Shown here: positions 1 to 9,213 of the stretch, in pieces
How positions within the stretch are numbered: the first letter of the stretch is position 1
How the letters are laid out: each line of letters begins with the position of its first letter
NCBI GenBank assembly: GCA_963666315.2
Contig: CAXXHG010000039.1
Span: 1 to 64,000 of the forward strand
DNA length: 64,000 nucleotides
Direction of reading: 5' to 3'
DNA from: Candidatus Binatia bacterium
Lineage (GTDB): Bacteria; Desulfobacterota; Binatia; Bin18
Position numbers and translations under genes: made by a program
The notes under the pieces: generated by a model
Databases searched by the model: none
Told to the model about the DNA's origin: nothing
The model's input: the letters and a program-made list of their open reading frames with translations, nothing else

Positions 1-79
1 CGGGACCCACTCGCCTCATCACTATAACGCCATCCAGCGCTGGCGGGTCTCAGCCGACGGCGAGGTCTATAATTTCTAA
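1..79 (+). CDS. soxC: 3' end of a SoxC-type sulfite/sulfane dehydrogenase molybdoprotein (partial, window edge)
   Basis: Frame from base 2 reads GTHSPHHYNAIQRWRVSADGEVYNF*, like the SoxC C-terminus (xNAIQxWxVxxxGEVxN). It lies directly upstream of a SoxD-like cytochrome. Confidence 0.7.
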   Translation, partial: GTHSPHHYNAIQRWRVSADGEVYNF

Positions 80-644
80 AGCGTGGACCTTACTGGCCGC
101 CGGCACCGTCTTCATTGGTGTATGCAGGGGAGGGGGTAGCCTCGTGTGCTTCCAAGAGCCGATGGATCGGCTCGGTCTCGGCCGTCCCCCCGGCGTCGCC
201 GAGATAGCGGCATGGGACGTTGCCGTTGGGCCAAACGGGAGGGAGTTGCCGCCAGGACGGGGTTCTGCAGTAGAGGGCGCGGTGCTGTTCCTAGAAAAAT
301 GTGCTGCCTGTCATGGCGAAAGCGGACGTGAGGGATCCGACGATGTGCTCGTCGGCGGACACGGCTCTTTAGCCACCGCTGTCCCATTGCAAACGGTGGG
401 CAGCTTCTGGCCGTATGCCACGACGCTCTATGACTATGTGTCGCGAGCCATGCCTTTTTACGAACCTGGCTCTCTCAAGCTGAAGGAGCTGTATGCCCTG
501 ACGGCCTTCGTGCTCTATCTCAATGGCATCGTTCGGGAAAACGAAGTGCTCGATAGCCGCAGCCTGCCCCAGATCCAAATGCCGAACCGGAACGGATTCC
601 GGGCCAGCCAAGGGGAGGGGCCGTACATCACTCCAGCTCGATAG
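72..644 (+). CDS. soxD: SoxD-like monoheme c-type cytochrome; start uncertain (ATT at 72 or GTG at 144)
   Basis: CAACHG heme motif; SoxD-like motifs GxELPPGRGS, TVGSFWPYATTLYDYVSRAMP and MPNRNGF. The frame is open upstream with a hydrophobic signal-like segment. Confidence 0.8.
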   Translation: MSKAWTLLAAGTVFIGVCRGGGSLVCFQEPMDRLGLGRPPGVAEIAAWDVAVGPNGRELPPGRGSAVEGAVLFLEKCAACHGESGREGSDDVLVGGHGSLATAVPLQTVGSFWPYATTLYDYVSRAMPFYEPGSLKLKELYALTAFVLYLNGIVRENEVLDSRSLPQIQMPNRNGFRASQGEGPYITPAR

Positions 645-957
645 CCTCCCACCCACCCGTAAAACCGCCAGTGCTGTCTTCCGGTTGGGTGATATGCGTA
701 CCGCCCGGCCGGGCGCGGACACCGATATCTTTGTTTGGTTGCCCGCCTTTGTATTTGCCCAAGACCCGAAAGTAATAGGGGCCATCACCATGTTGGGCCA
801 GGTTGAAAGTTTGAGAGCCCGAGGAACCCGATACTTTGCCATGATAGATGCGGCCATTTTGCTTGCCGGGGCTGGTAAAGGGTTGGTCGTCCACTTCATA
901 AAAACTGGCGTCGCTACACGCCTGTTGGGCCTCCGTAAGACTCCACACCATCACCAC
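628..957 (-). CDS. Hypothetical protein or gene fragment, possibly a beta-rich extracellular domain
   Basis: Protein-like composition (GPYYFRVLG), convergent with soxD; no clear RBS or signal peptide. Confidence 0.3.
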   Translation of the reverse strand: MVMVWSLTEAQQACSDASFYEVDDQPFTSPGKQNGRIYHGKVSGSSGSQTFNLAQHGDGPYYFRVLGKYKGGQPNKDIGVRARPGGTHITQPEDSTGGFTGGWEAIELE

Positions 958-1012
958 TCCTGCCCACGGCTACTCACGTCCACACCGGCAGTTGAGGCCG
1001 GTGCGTAATGTG

Positions 1013-1412
1013 TCACGGTTGGAGAGCGGGGAGCTGGGGGAGATGGGGCAATGCGGTGTAAAGGTCTGGCACGACGCGAGCGATATCGGCCGCCCCAGCC
1101 CCCATCAGGGTCGCGATAACAGTGGGATCATGCTGCTGGACATAGGTACGGATGATTTGGACCCAGGGCCAAAAGGCGCGGGTGCCATCACCATCCCCAA
1201 AGCGAGAGGACGCCCTGCTGGCAGGCGCTAGTGGCAATGTCATCAGCCAAACGGGTCTTGCCTATGCCCGGCTCACCCATAAGAAAAACGATACTACCTT
1301 GCCCTGTAGTCGTGTCCTGAGGAGCTGCCTGGAGGACGGTACGTTCTCGTTTGCGGCCGACAAAGAGCGAAGAGCTGGAAGAGCAAGCAGTGTCACGTAC
1401 ATTCTGAGTCAC
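1013..1412 (-). pseudogene. Frameshifted, truncated N-terminal fragment of an AAA-ATPase (cyclase/LuxR-associated AAA_16 type)
   Basis: FVGRxRE...GEPGIGKTRLA Walker A motif in 1188..1412 continues in another frame (1013..1243) as GDGTRAFWPWVQIIR...GAGAADIARVVP, then stops. Confidence 0.75.
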
Positions 1413-1573
1413 CGAAAAAAGCTAGCAAATTTTGTACGCGGGGATAAGGGAGCCCCGTATCTGGCTTGTCCGTATTTACGGGCAACAGAGTAGACAAATT
1501 TCCTGCACTTTTTGTTCCAAGCCATTTTCCCTCTCGCACTTGCTCCCCGTTTCCTATATATGCCGTCTTAATT

Positions 1574-4342
1574 ATGGAACGACTCTATCTACTGGTGGTG
1601 AACCGAGCCAGGGTCCTCCTTCTCGTGATTTTCCTTCTTACCTGTGTCTTCGGTTCCTTCGCAAAGGACATCCGGCTCGACGGCTCGGTCGAAAGTCTGC
1701 TGCCCCAGAATGATCCCGCTGGTCGCTACTATGATGACGTCCGGACGCTATTCGGCAGCGACGAAGTCGGCGTGGTCGGCGTGCTGGCTGACGACATCTA
1801 TACCCCAGACGTATTGCGCAAGCTTCAGCGACTGACAACTGAACTGGGGAAAATCGAGGGCGTGCAGGAGGTGGCCAGCCTGGCGAATGCGATTGACCCG
1901 ATAGCGGACGTGATGGATCCGCCGCCGCTTGTGGGCATCATTCCAACAACGCAGGAGGGTCTGGATACACTGCGAGAAAAGCTGGCGGATCTGCCCATCT
2001 ATCTCAAGAATTTTGTTTCTGAAGACGGCAAGGCTGCGGCGGTCAATATCTTCTTTAGCGACACGACCGGCGACGAGGTTATAGCGCGCAGGATAGACGG
2101 ACAGATCGAGGCCATCCTCGAAAAAGAACGCCAAACCGGACCGGAGCGGATTTTTTATAACGGCTTACCGCGTTTTAAGGTCTACTCGGCCCAGGTCATG
2201 CGAGAAGATCAGGCGCGCTTTATCCCCCTCACCCTGCTGGCGATCATCGTTGTTCTCTTCTTCAGCTTTCGGTCAGCTCGGGGTGTCTTACTGCCCGCGC
2301 TCACCGTCATTGTCAGCCTGATTTGGACGCTGGGCATTATGGTCTTGGCCGGCAGCAGCTTGAGTCTGGGTAGTATTGCGCTGCCGCCGCTTATTCTCGT
2401 TCTGGGCACAGCTTACTCTCTGCATATGGTTGCTGAGTATTATGAGCTGGCCCAGCCGGATGGATCGGTCCGGGACGTGGTGCTTCAAACCCTGAAAAGA
2501 ACAAGCCCGCCGATTTCGATCGCTGCATTTACCACGGTACTCGGCTTTCTGGCATTGGGCGTGAATCCTCTGACCAGCATTCGGGAAATGGGCATTTTTT
2601 CGTCTATCGGCATCCTGATTGCCTTTCTGCTATCGATTACACTTGTGCCGGCGTTGTTGACCCAGCTGCGCCTGCCTTCCAAGCGGGCTGAAGATTTTGC
2701 CCCTGGGGTGACAGCCGGACTCCGAGGTGTTGGCCGCTTTGCCATTCATAATCGGCGGGCTGTGATCGGTGTGTCGATGATCCTCGCCGTTGCGGCGGTA
2801 TGGCAACTTTTCTCAATCCGAGTGGACTCCAATTTCGAGTCTTTCTTCCGGCCGAATGACCCCATTCGTCAAGCTACGGATGCCATTAACGAACATCTTG
2901 TGGGTAGCATGGCGTTCTATGTGGTGATCGACGGCGAAGAAAAAAATGTCATGAAGCAGTGGGATACTCTGCGCCGCATCAAGGACCTGCAGCTGTATAT
3001 CGACGGCCTGCCCGGCGTAGATAAAACGGTATCGTTTGTCGATTATTGTGAGCTGCTCGACCGTGGGGCGCAGTCAGGTGGGGGCGATATTATGGTCGGC
3101 CCGGATGGGAAAATCATTATGCTTCCACCTCCGGAGAACCCCAAAACCTTTTGGGAAGAGCCTTCTCAGCTGCGGGCGGTGATGCAGCTAGTGAGCAGCA
3201 GCCCGAACAGTTTTAAGTCTGTGGCGAGTCCGGATTTCGCTCGCTCGAATATCCTGGTCCGCACCACCTTGTCACGTTCGAGCGATATCTCGGATACGGT
3301 TGATGCGATTAACGCCTATGCTCAGGAGCATTTTCCGCCCGACCTCAAAGTCCATCCCACCGGGAACCTGATTCTCCTGACCAAGACCACGGGCGATATT
3401 ATTACCGGACAGATTAGAAGTCTGTCTCTGGCTGCCGGAGTGATCTTCATCATTATGTCGGCCATGTTTTTGTCCGCCCGGGTGGGGCTGATTGCGATGG
3501 TGCCGAATATTTTCCCTATCATCATTTTCTTTGGTTTGATGGGTGTGTCAGGCGCAGTCCTGAATCTCGGCACGAGTATTATCGCTTCTATCGCGCTGGG
3601 TATTGCGGTTGATAATACGGTGCATTTGATGACACGGCTGAGTGCTGAGGTGCACTCTGCCCCGGATCAGGAGACGGCCCTCCTGCGGACCTTGGGTACG
3701 GTCGGGAAACCGAGCTTATACGCCTCGGTGATTCTACTCCTCGGCTTTCTGGTGTTGTGGTGGTTCTCGACCTTTGTCCCCATTCAGGAGTTTGGGCTGC
3801 TGTCAGCGGCAACTATGGTTGTGGCCTTTGGTGCCGATGTCATTCTGCTCCCGGCCCTGCTAGCCACAACAAAGATCATCACGCTATGGGAAGTGCTGTA
3901 TCTCAAACTTGGGCGTGAGCCGCATAAGACGATCCCGCTCTTTGAAGGGCTGCGTCCTCTGCAAGCCAAGATCGTGACACTGATGGGCGAGTTTCGCACG
4001 TTTGCCAAAGGTGAGTATATTATCCGGCAGGGGGACATGGGCACGGAGATGTTTGTGCTGATCAACGGCACAGCCGATGCGCGGCTCAATATCGACGGAC
4101 AGTCGAAACTGCTGCGGACTATGGGCCGGGGTGATGTAATTGGGGAGATGGCGCTTATTCGTCAGAACCAGCGCACGGCTGATGTCATTGCGGTCGATGA
4201 TGTGGAGGCAATTGCCGTTGATCAGCGTTTCCTGTCGCGCATGCAGAAGCGCTATCCGGGTATCGGAGCACGGTTATTCTTGAATATCGCGAAGATGCTG
4301 AGCGACCGGTTGGAAGAAACCTCTCGACGGAACGCGGTGTAA
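1574..4342 (+). CDS. MMPL/RND-family transporter with C-terminal cyclic-nucleotide-binding domain
   Basis: Two TM-rich repeats with periplasmic loops and SIALGIAVDNTVH motif; C-terminal IIRQGDMGTEMFVLING...GDVIGEMALI...RTADVIA cNMP signature. Start set at ATG 1574. Confidence 0.9.
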   Translation: MERLYLLVVNRARVLLLVIFLLTCVFGSFAKDIRLDGSVESLLPQNDPAGRYYDDVRTLFGSDEVGVVGVLADDIYTPDVLRKLQRLTTELGKIEGVQEVASLANAIDPIADVMDPPPLVGIIPTTQEGLDTLREKLADLPIYLKNFVSEDGKAAAVNIFFSDTTGDEVIARRIDGQIEAILEKERQTGPERIFYNGLPRFKVYSAQVMREDQARFIPLTLLAIIVVLFFSFRSARGVLLPALTVIVSLIWTLGIMVLAGSSLSLGSIALPPLILVLGTAYSLHMVAEYYELAQPDGSVRDVVLQTLKRTSPPISIAAFTTVLGFLALGVNPLTSIREMGIFSSIGILIAFLLSITLVPALLTQLRLPSKRAEDFAPGVTAGLRGVGRFAIHNRRAVIGVSMILAVAAVWQLFSIRVDSNFESFFRPNDPIRQATDAINEHLVGSMAFYVVIDGEEKNVMKQWDTLRRIKDLQLYIDGLPGVDKTVSFVDYCELLDRGAQSGGGDIMVGPDGKIIMLPPPENPKTFWEEPSQLRAVMQLVSSSPNSFKSVASPDFARSNILVRTTLSRSSDISDTVDAINAYAQEHFPPDLKVHPTGNLILLTKTTGDIITGQIRSLSLAAGVIFIIMSAMFLSARVGLIAMVPNIFPIIIFFGLMGVSGAVLNLGTSIIASIALGIAVDNTVHLMTRLSAEVHSAPDQETALLRTLGTVGKPSLYASVILLLGFLVLWWFSTFVPIQEFGLLSAATMVVAFGADVILLPALLATTKIITLWEVLYLKLGREPHKTIPLFEGLRPLQAKIVTLMGEFRTFAKGEYIIRQGDMGTEMFVLINGTADARLNIDGQSKLLRTMGRGDVIGEMALIRQNQRTADVIAVDDVEAIAVDQRFLSRMQKRYPGIGARLFLNIAKMLSDRLEETSRRNAV

Positions 4343-4410
4343 GGTTTCCCATCCAATAGCAGTGGACGGACGGAGGAAGCTGGCTACAATAGCGGCCAGG
4401 ACATAGCCGT

Positions 4411-6135
4411 ATGCTGCGTCACCTGCATGTTAAAAATTTGGCCCTGATAGATGACCTCGAACTGTCGTTCGAGTCTGGCTTGAATGTCATCACCGGCGAG
4501 ACCGGGGCAGGCAAGAGTTTGCTGATGCAGGCGATCGGCCTAGCCCTCGGTAGCCGGGCGACTGCAGATCTGATCCGACGTGATACCAAAGAGGCCGTCG
4601 TGGAAGCGGTCTTTAGTGTAGAGGATGGCCGCGTAGCGCACGTTCTTGAAGAACACGGCGTACTCGAAAAGCACGCGGCGCGTGACGAGGAAGAACTGAT
4701 CATCCGCCGCGTCCTTGTGCACAGTGGACGCAGCCGGGTGTATCTGAACGGTGCACTGACGACGGTGGCCATCTTACGTCAGGTTGGTGCCGGACTGATG
4801 CAGATCTATGGCCAGCAGGAGCAGCAGGTCTTACGCGAGCCCGACTCCGTCCTGCAATTGCTCGATGGTTTCGCGGATGCCGCTGCACGAACCCACGAAA
4901 TGGCCGACCGGTATCATGCCCTGCACCGTGCGTGGGAACGTTTGTGCGCGCTGACCGAGGGGAAAGAGGCGGCTGAGGCCAGGCAAGACCTGGTTCGTTT
5001 TCAGGCGGATGAAATCCGTCGCATGGCGTTACAGCCTGGAGAAGAAGAGACCCTGCGCCAAGAACGTACCATTCTGCTGAATGCGGAGAAGTTATACCAC
5101 GTCGCATCTGGTGGAGAAGAAGTGCTCTCGGCGGGGGAAGACGCGGTGACCGACCAGATTGGACGGCTTTTGTCGCAACTGCGCGAACTGGTGCAGGTCG
5201 ATACGAGCCTGAACGAAGTGCTGTCGCTGCTCAGTGATGGGCTGGCCCAAGTCGAAGAAGCTGCACTCTTCCTGCGCAAGTATGGCGAGCATCTGAGCCC
5301 GCATCCTGAGCGGTTAGAAGACATCGATGCCCGGCTGGGGCTGATCTCTCGTCTCAAGAAAAAATATGGCGGCAGTATCGAGGCGATCCTGGCTCGCTAC
5401 GCAGAACTTGAACAAGAACTGGAACACATCGATGGCGGTGCCGAAACTATTGCGACCCTGCAACAAGAAGTCGAGCAGGCGGCGCATGCGGCTTGGACCT
5501 GGGCAAAGACACTTTCCAAAGAACGCCACACGACTGCTCAGCGCTTGGAACAAAATATCCAGGCCGAGTTGGCTCGACTCGGCCTGCTCGGCGCGAGTTT
5601 TGACGTGCACTTTCAGCAGCAGGAGACTCACGGCGCCGCCGCTGCCCCGTTTATTCAAAATGGTCAACGCTTGACACAAAGCGGTTTCGATCAGGTCGAA
5701 TTCTATTTGTCCGCAAACCCGGGTGAGCCCCTCTTGCCGCTCATTCAGGTTGCCTCGGGTGGCGAGCTGTCTCGACTCATGCTGGCACTGAAAGCCCTGA
5801 GTGCAGCGGCGGAGGCGACGCCGACCTTGATTTTTGACGAGGTGGACGCCGGTATCGGCGGCGCGGTGGCTGAGGTCGTGGGTCGTCGTCTCAAGGCGCT
5901 GGCCGCGCAGCACCAAATATTGTGTATTACCCATTTGCCCCAGATCGCGGCTTTTGCCGATCATGCCTATACGGTTGTCAAGAAGGTGATCAAAGGCCGT
6001 AGCGTCTCTTCGGCCAAACGCCTCGCTCAGCCTGAACGGCTCCAAGAATTGGCTCGCATGTTAGGCGGTGTCGAAATCACGGCTGAAGCCCGTAGTCATG
6101 CGCGAGAAATGCTCGAAGGCGTACGGCGGGGGTAG
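4411..6135 (+). CDS. recN: DNA repair protein RecN
   Basis: ITGETGAGKS Walker A, coiled coil, ASGGELSR signature, LIFDEVDAGIGG, ITHLPQIAA. Confidence 0.97.
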   Translation: MLRHLHVKNLALIDDLELSFESGLNVITGETGAGKSLLMQAIGLALGSRATADLIRRDTKEAVVEAVFSVEDGRVAHVLEEHGVLEKHAARDEEELIIRRVLVHSGRSRVYLNGALTTVAILRQVGAGLMQIYGQQEQQVLREPDSVLQLLDGFADAAARTHEMADRYHALHRAWERLCALTEGKEAAEARQDLVRFQADEIRRMALQPGEEETLRQERTILLNAEKLYHVASGGEEVLSAGEDAVTDQIGRLLSQLRELVQVDTSLNEVLSLLSDGLAQVEEAALFLRKYGEHLSPHPERLEDIDARLGLISRLKKKYGGSIEAILARYAELEQELEHIDGGAETIATLQQEVEQAAHAAWTWAKTLSKERHTTAQRLEQNIQAELARLGLLGASFDVHFQQQETHGAAAAPFIQNGQRLTQSGFDQVEFYLSANPGEPLLPLIQVASGGELSRLMLALKALSAAAEATPTLIFDEVDAGIGGAVAEVVGRRLKALAAQHQILCITHLPQIAAFADHAYTVVKKVIKGRSVSSAKRLAQPERLQELARMLGGVEITAEARSHAREMLEGVRRG

Positions 6136-6175
6136 GGCGGGGTGATGATGGAGCGTATTCTTTATTGACAATGAG

Positions 6176-7252
6176 TTAAATCATTGTCAATTTATGGGAC
6201 GTTTCGATCAGAGCCTCGGCAATTGCGGGCGTACGGCGTCCCAGCCCACACGAGCAAGCAACATCGACTGTATGTCCACGGATACCTTCAATTGTTTCCA
6301 ATATCTGCTGGTGCTCAGCTTCTGAGCGCTTATCGTGGACAAATCCGGCAACAAAACGCACCTGGGGCGGTAATATAATGTTTTTCAGCGCCTCGTAATA
6401 AGCGGCCTCCAATGGAGGCGGGTCTGCCGCTTCAGCCAGCGGGTAGTGTAGGTAACATACTTCATGGGTTTTTGGCCATTTGTCTACTAACCGATTGGAA
6501 AAGTGGACCATTTTGTCCAGGGTGTCAGCTGTGGTAAGTGCTTCATTGTTGAGGTCGCCAAAACAGAAGTGAATACCGAAGGGCGCTTTTGGCTCAATCT
6601 GTTGAATCAATCCTAGCACTGTACGCAGAGAGAAATTTACCAAGAATTTTGGCATTCGGTACGCCATTGCCAGTTCGCCCGGCACTTCTAACTGAAAAAT
6701 AAGATCGCCCGGATCGGCGATCTTGAGCATCTCATTGGCTTCGAAAGCCATGCGCTTATTGAATGCTGAGGCGTAGCGTAAGCCATTAATCGGGCCCATC
6801 AGACCAAATGTGCTCCCCATCCCTGTTGGGAGCCCGACTTGGAACTTGAGATCGGTCATGCCGCGCTGCTCACGCAGCCGCTTAAAGATGGGGTAGCTCT
6901 TCTGGAAATACTCCAACCAGCGAATGTTAAGATGCTTATGCATGTCAGCGGGCGAACGCTTGGGTTTGAGGCGTGGACCGCTATCGTAACCCGTTGGAAA
7001 TCCTGACTTACCACGAACTCCTGGATGGACAACTTCCCAATTTTCAGTGTCCTGTTCGCAAACATCGATGATGGCCTGTATCCACGCGGCTCGATTTCCC
7101 AACGGATATTTCTCTGATTTCTCGCCTATCTCTCCATCCGGCAGAGCCCATAAGCCCGCACCTAGGACATCCAGTGCATGACTCATAGCATCTTCTTCGC
7201 TCGCAAAAGGCATACTGCCCACGAGTAGTACCTGCCGTTTGAGTTCCGCCAT
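6176..7252 (-). CDS. Hypothetical protein, probable UROD/MetE-like TIM-barrel fold
   Basis: LVGSMP...LPDGE(I)G N-terminus, HFCFGDL and CGLGR putative metal-ligand motifs; GGAGG RBS upstream. Confidence 0.65.
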   Translation of the reverse strand: MAELKRQVLLVGSMPFASEEDAMSHALDVLGAGLWALPDGEIGEKSEKYPLGNRAAWIQAIIDVCEQDTENWEVVHPGVRGKSGFPTGYDSGPRLKPKRSPADMHKHLNIRWLEYFQKSYPIFKRLREQRGMTDLKFQVGLPTGMGSTFGLMGPINGLRYASAFNKRMAFEANEMLKIADPGDLIFQLEVPGELAMAYRMPKFLVNFSLRTVLGLIQQIEPKAPFGIHFCFGDLNNEALTTADTLDKMVHFSNRLVDKWPKTHEVCYLHYPLAEAADPPPLEAAYYEALKNIILPPQVRFVAGFVHDKRSEAEHQQILETIEGIRGHTVDVACSCGLGRRTPAIAEALIETSHKLTMI

Positions 7253-7380
7253 CCTGGAGCCTCCATTTTTACTACTGTGCGAAAATAATATATCTTAACC
7301 CAAAATTCAGGCCTGGGGGCACTTTCCAACTTACCCGTTTAACTCTACAGCAAAAAATGAGGCAACCTCGCTGGGCGGTG

Positions 7381-7450
7381 CAGACCCATCTGCGGGCCCG
7401 GATGTTGGGCGGTGTGGGGGCTGGAGGGCGATCTTCCTCGTTGCCAGATT
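7381..7450 (+). mobile_element. Degenerate 3' end (domains V-VI) of a group IIC-like intron
   Basis: TGCGGGCCCGGATGTTGGGCGGTGTGGGGGCTGGAGGG...CTTCCTCGTTGCCAGATT resembles the IIC consensus TGCGGACCCGCATGxxxGGTGGTGTGGGGGCxGGGG...CCCGGCTACCCGATT (from recall). No RT gene nearby. Confidence 0.45.
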
Positions 7451-7494
7451 GTATTGAACGTTTAGGCAAGGACGAGGTTATAACGACCATTTTT

Positions 7495-7526
7495 CAGCCG
7501 AGACAAAAGCTCTTTTGTCTCGGCTG
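7495..7526. terminator. Strong inverted repeat, likely terminator of the desaturase gene
   Basis: CAGCCGAGACAAAAG ... CTTTTGTCTCGGCTG hairpin with a T-run on the left (7490-7494), about 70 bp past the desaturase stop. Confidence 0.6.
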
Positions 7527-7596
7527 GTGTATTATTTTTCGATTCAGCTGCCCATGCATTTGATTCATGGCATTTGATCCATGCCGGGCGGCAGTT

Positions 7597-8322
7597 CTAG
7601 GCTTTTAATTGTATAATTTTCAATTTGTCAAATAATCCAATGACGGGATAAATAGGGTCAAATTCAAACCACCTATAGCCAAAGTTGGCGCTGTGGCTAA
7701 ATTTGTGATGATTATTATGGTAACTCTCTCCTAGCATAAGAAAATCAAAGGGCAGGAGGTTTTTGGAAGTATCCCCAAGGTCAAAGTTGGTATAACCATA
7801 TTTATGTGCAAACCAATTTATTACGGCACCATGTAATGGTCCCATAATGAAATGCATCGGTAGGAATAGATACATCCACCATTCTGTAGCAAATACGATA
7901 TAGAATCCAGTGTAAAACGTTATCCAGACAAATCTTACCGTCCAACTCTTTGCAAAATTTTCAAAGGATAACCATTTCGGTACGCCCTCTTTAAATCGCT
8001 TTTCCACTTCGACTCTTTCGTGGAAAATGTCGGAATAGAAGACTTTAGTCCGCCACATCATCGCAAATAAGTTTTTATCATATTTGGGAGAATGAGGATC
8101 ATTTTCCGTATCGGCAAAAGCATGATGCATGCGATGCAAAATCCCGTAGGCATACGGGCTTAAATAGGATGATCCTTGCGCAATAAATGAGAAGACAAAA
8201 AATACTTTTTCCCATGATTTCGACATATCGAACATCTGATGGGCAGCATACCTATGATGAAAAAAGGTTTGGAAAAACAAAGATGAATACCAATGAACTG
8301 CGATAAAAACAAATATTACCAT
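7597..8322 (-). CDS. Membrane-bound acyl-CoA (delta-9-type) fatty acid desaturase, AT-rich
   Basis: His boxes HRYAAH, HRMHH and HNNHH; GYRWFEFDP C-terminal motif. Confidence 0.92.
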   Translation of the reverse strand: MVIFVFIAVHWYSSLFFQTFFHHRYAAHQMFDMSKSWEKVFFVFSFIAQGSSYLSPYAYGILHRMHHAFADTENDPHSPKYDKNLFAMMWRTKVFYSDIFHERVEVEKRFKEGVPKWLSFENFAKSWTVRFVWITFYTGFYIVFATEWWMYLFLPMHFIMGPLHGAVINWFAHKYGYTNFDLGDTSKNLLPFDFLMLGESYHNNHHKFSHSANFGYRWFEFDPIYPVIGLFDKLKIIQLKA

Positions 8323-9213
8323 TAATCTTTAGCTCACAATCGATTATAACAAACGTTCTAGGTATAAGTAATGGTATGCCTTCAGCCGGCTTAGTTGTTC
8401 ATATATTTGCGATGACAATTTTCATCCACTTTTACACATCACTCTGATTATACTGCCCCTGCATCTCTATCTGTCTGCTTATCTCCTCAGCCATCCTCTC
8501 CTCCTCATTCCATGATCCTAGTACAGTTCCCAAACCCGCCTTTGAGGGTGTCCCCTAGGCCTGCGCCGCGCTGGCTGGATATCGCGTTTTCGTTTGTCCG
8601 CCATCCATCGAGCCATTTCACCCCTTGCCCTCTCGTTGGTGTTCTTGGCCTGCATGGCCTATCTCGCTCAAAGTCGATCCGTAGGGCTGTACCCTCTCGT
8701 TTTCCATAATTTAGCGTATCAGTATAGACCATTGTCATGCTCCCGTCACGATGGCCGAGTCACGCCTGTAAGGTCCTGATGTCATAGCCTGCTTCAAAAG
8801 GCATTGCGGTGCCTTTTGTGTCACCTTGAGACTACTACCGGCTATCATCCGTATCATCCGACTGTCGGACGTCAGTCGGCAATGTTCACGAAATATCCGC
8901 AGTATGAGGTGAGGGCCTGCCACAATCACCATTTCGTGCGAGGTGTAAGGCTCTTTCTTCTCGGCCAGGACGGCCCGGATCTTCTGGGAGCATCTTCGGC
9001 GGCAGGTTGGTCAAGTCGCCGCCGGTCGTGTAGGTCACGTCATCGGCGCTGTTGGTGTACACGGTGACTTTGGCCCCGCGCACATGGCGACCTTGCACGC
9101 CGCCTCTCATGCAGCGGATCGCGGAAAAGTCCGTACGTGCACGAGTTCAGGCCAGAGACACCACCCTTGCTTTTTCCGCACAACGGCGCCATGCACACAA
9201 GAGAGGAGGGGAT

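Noticed and set aside
5314-6045. Long antisense ORFs (also 17266..17964, 41632..42345, 47167..48078, 54209..54832, 60354..61082)
   Set aside because: Shadows of real genes on the opposite strand in GC-rich DNA; no motifs or RBS.
8500-9200. Short ORFs and a possible GTACAG...CTGTAC-bounded MITE between the desaturase and the acyl-CoA dehydrogenase
   Set aside because: The terminal match is only 6 bp with no target duplication. The minus-strand peptide near 8900-9110 may be a gene remnant, but I cannot assign it.
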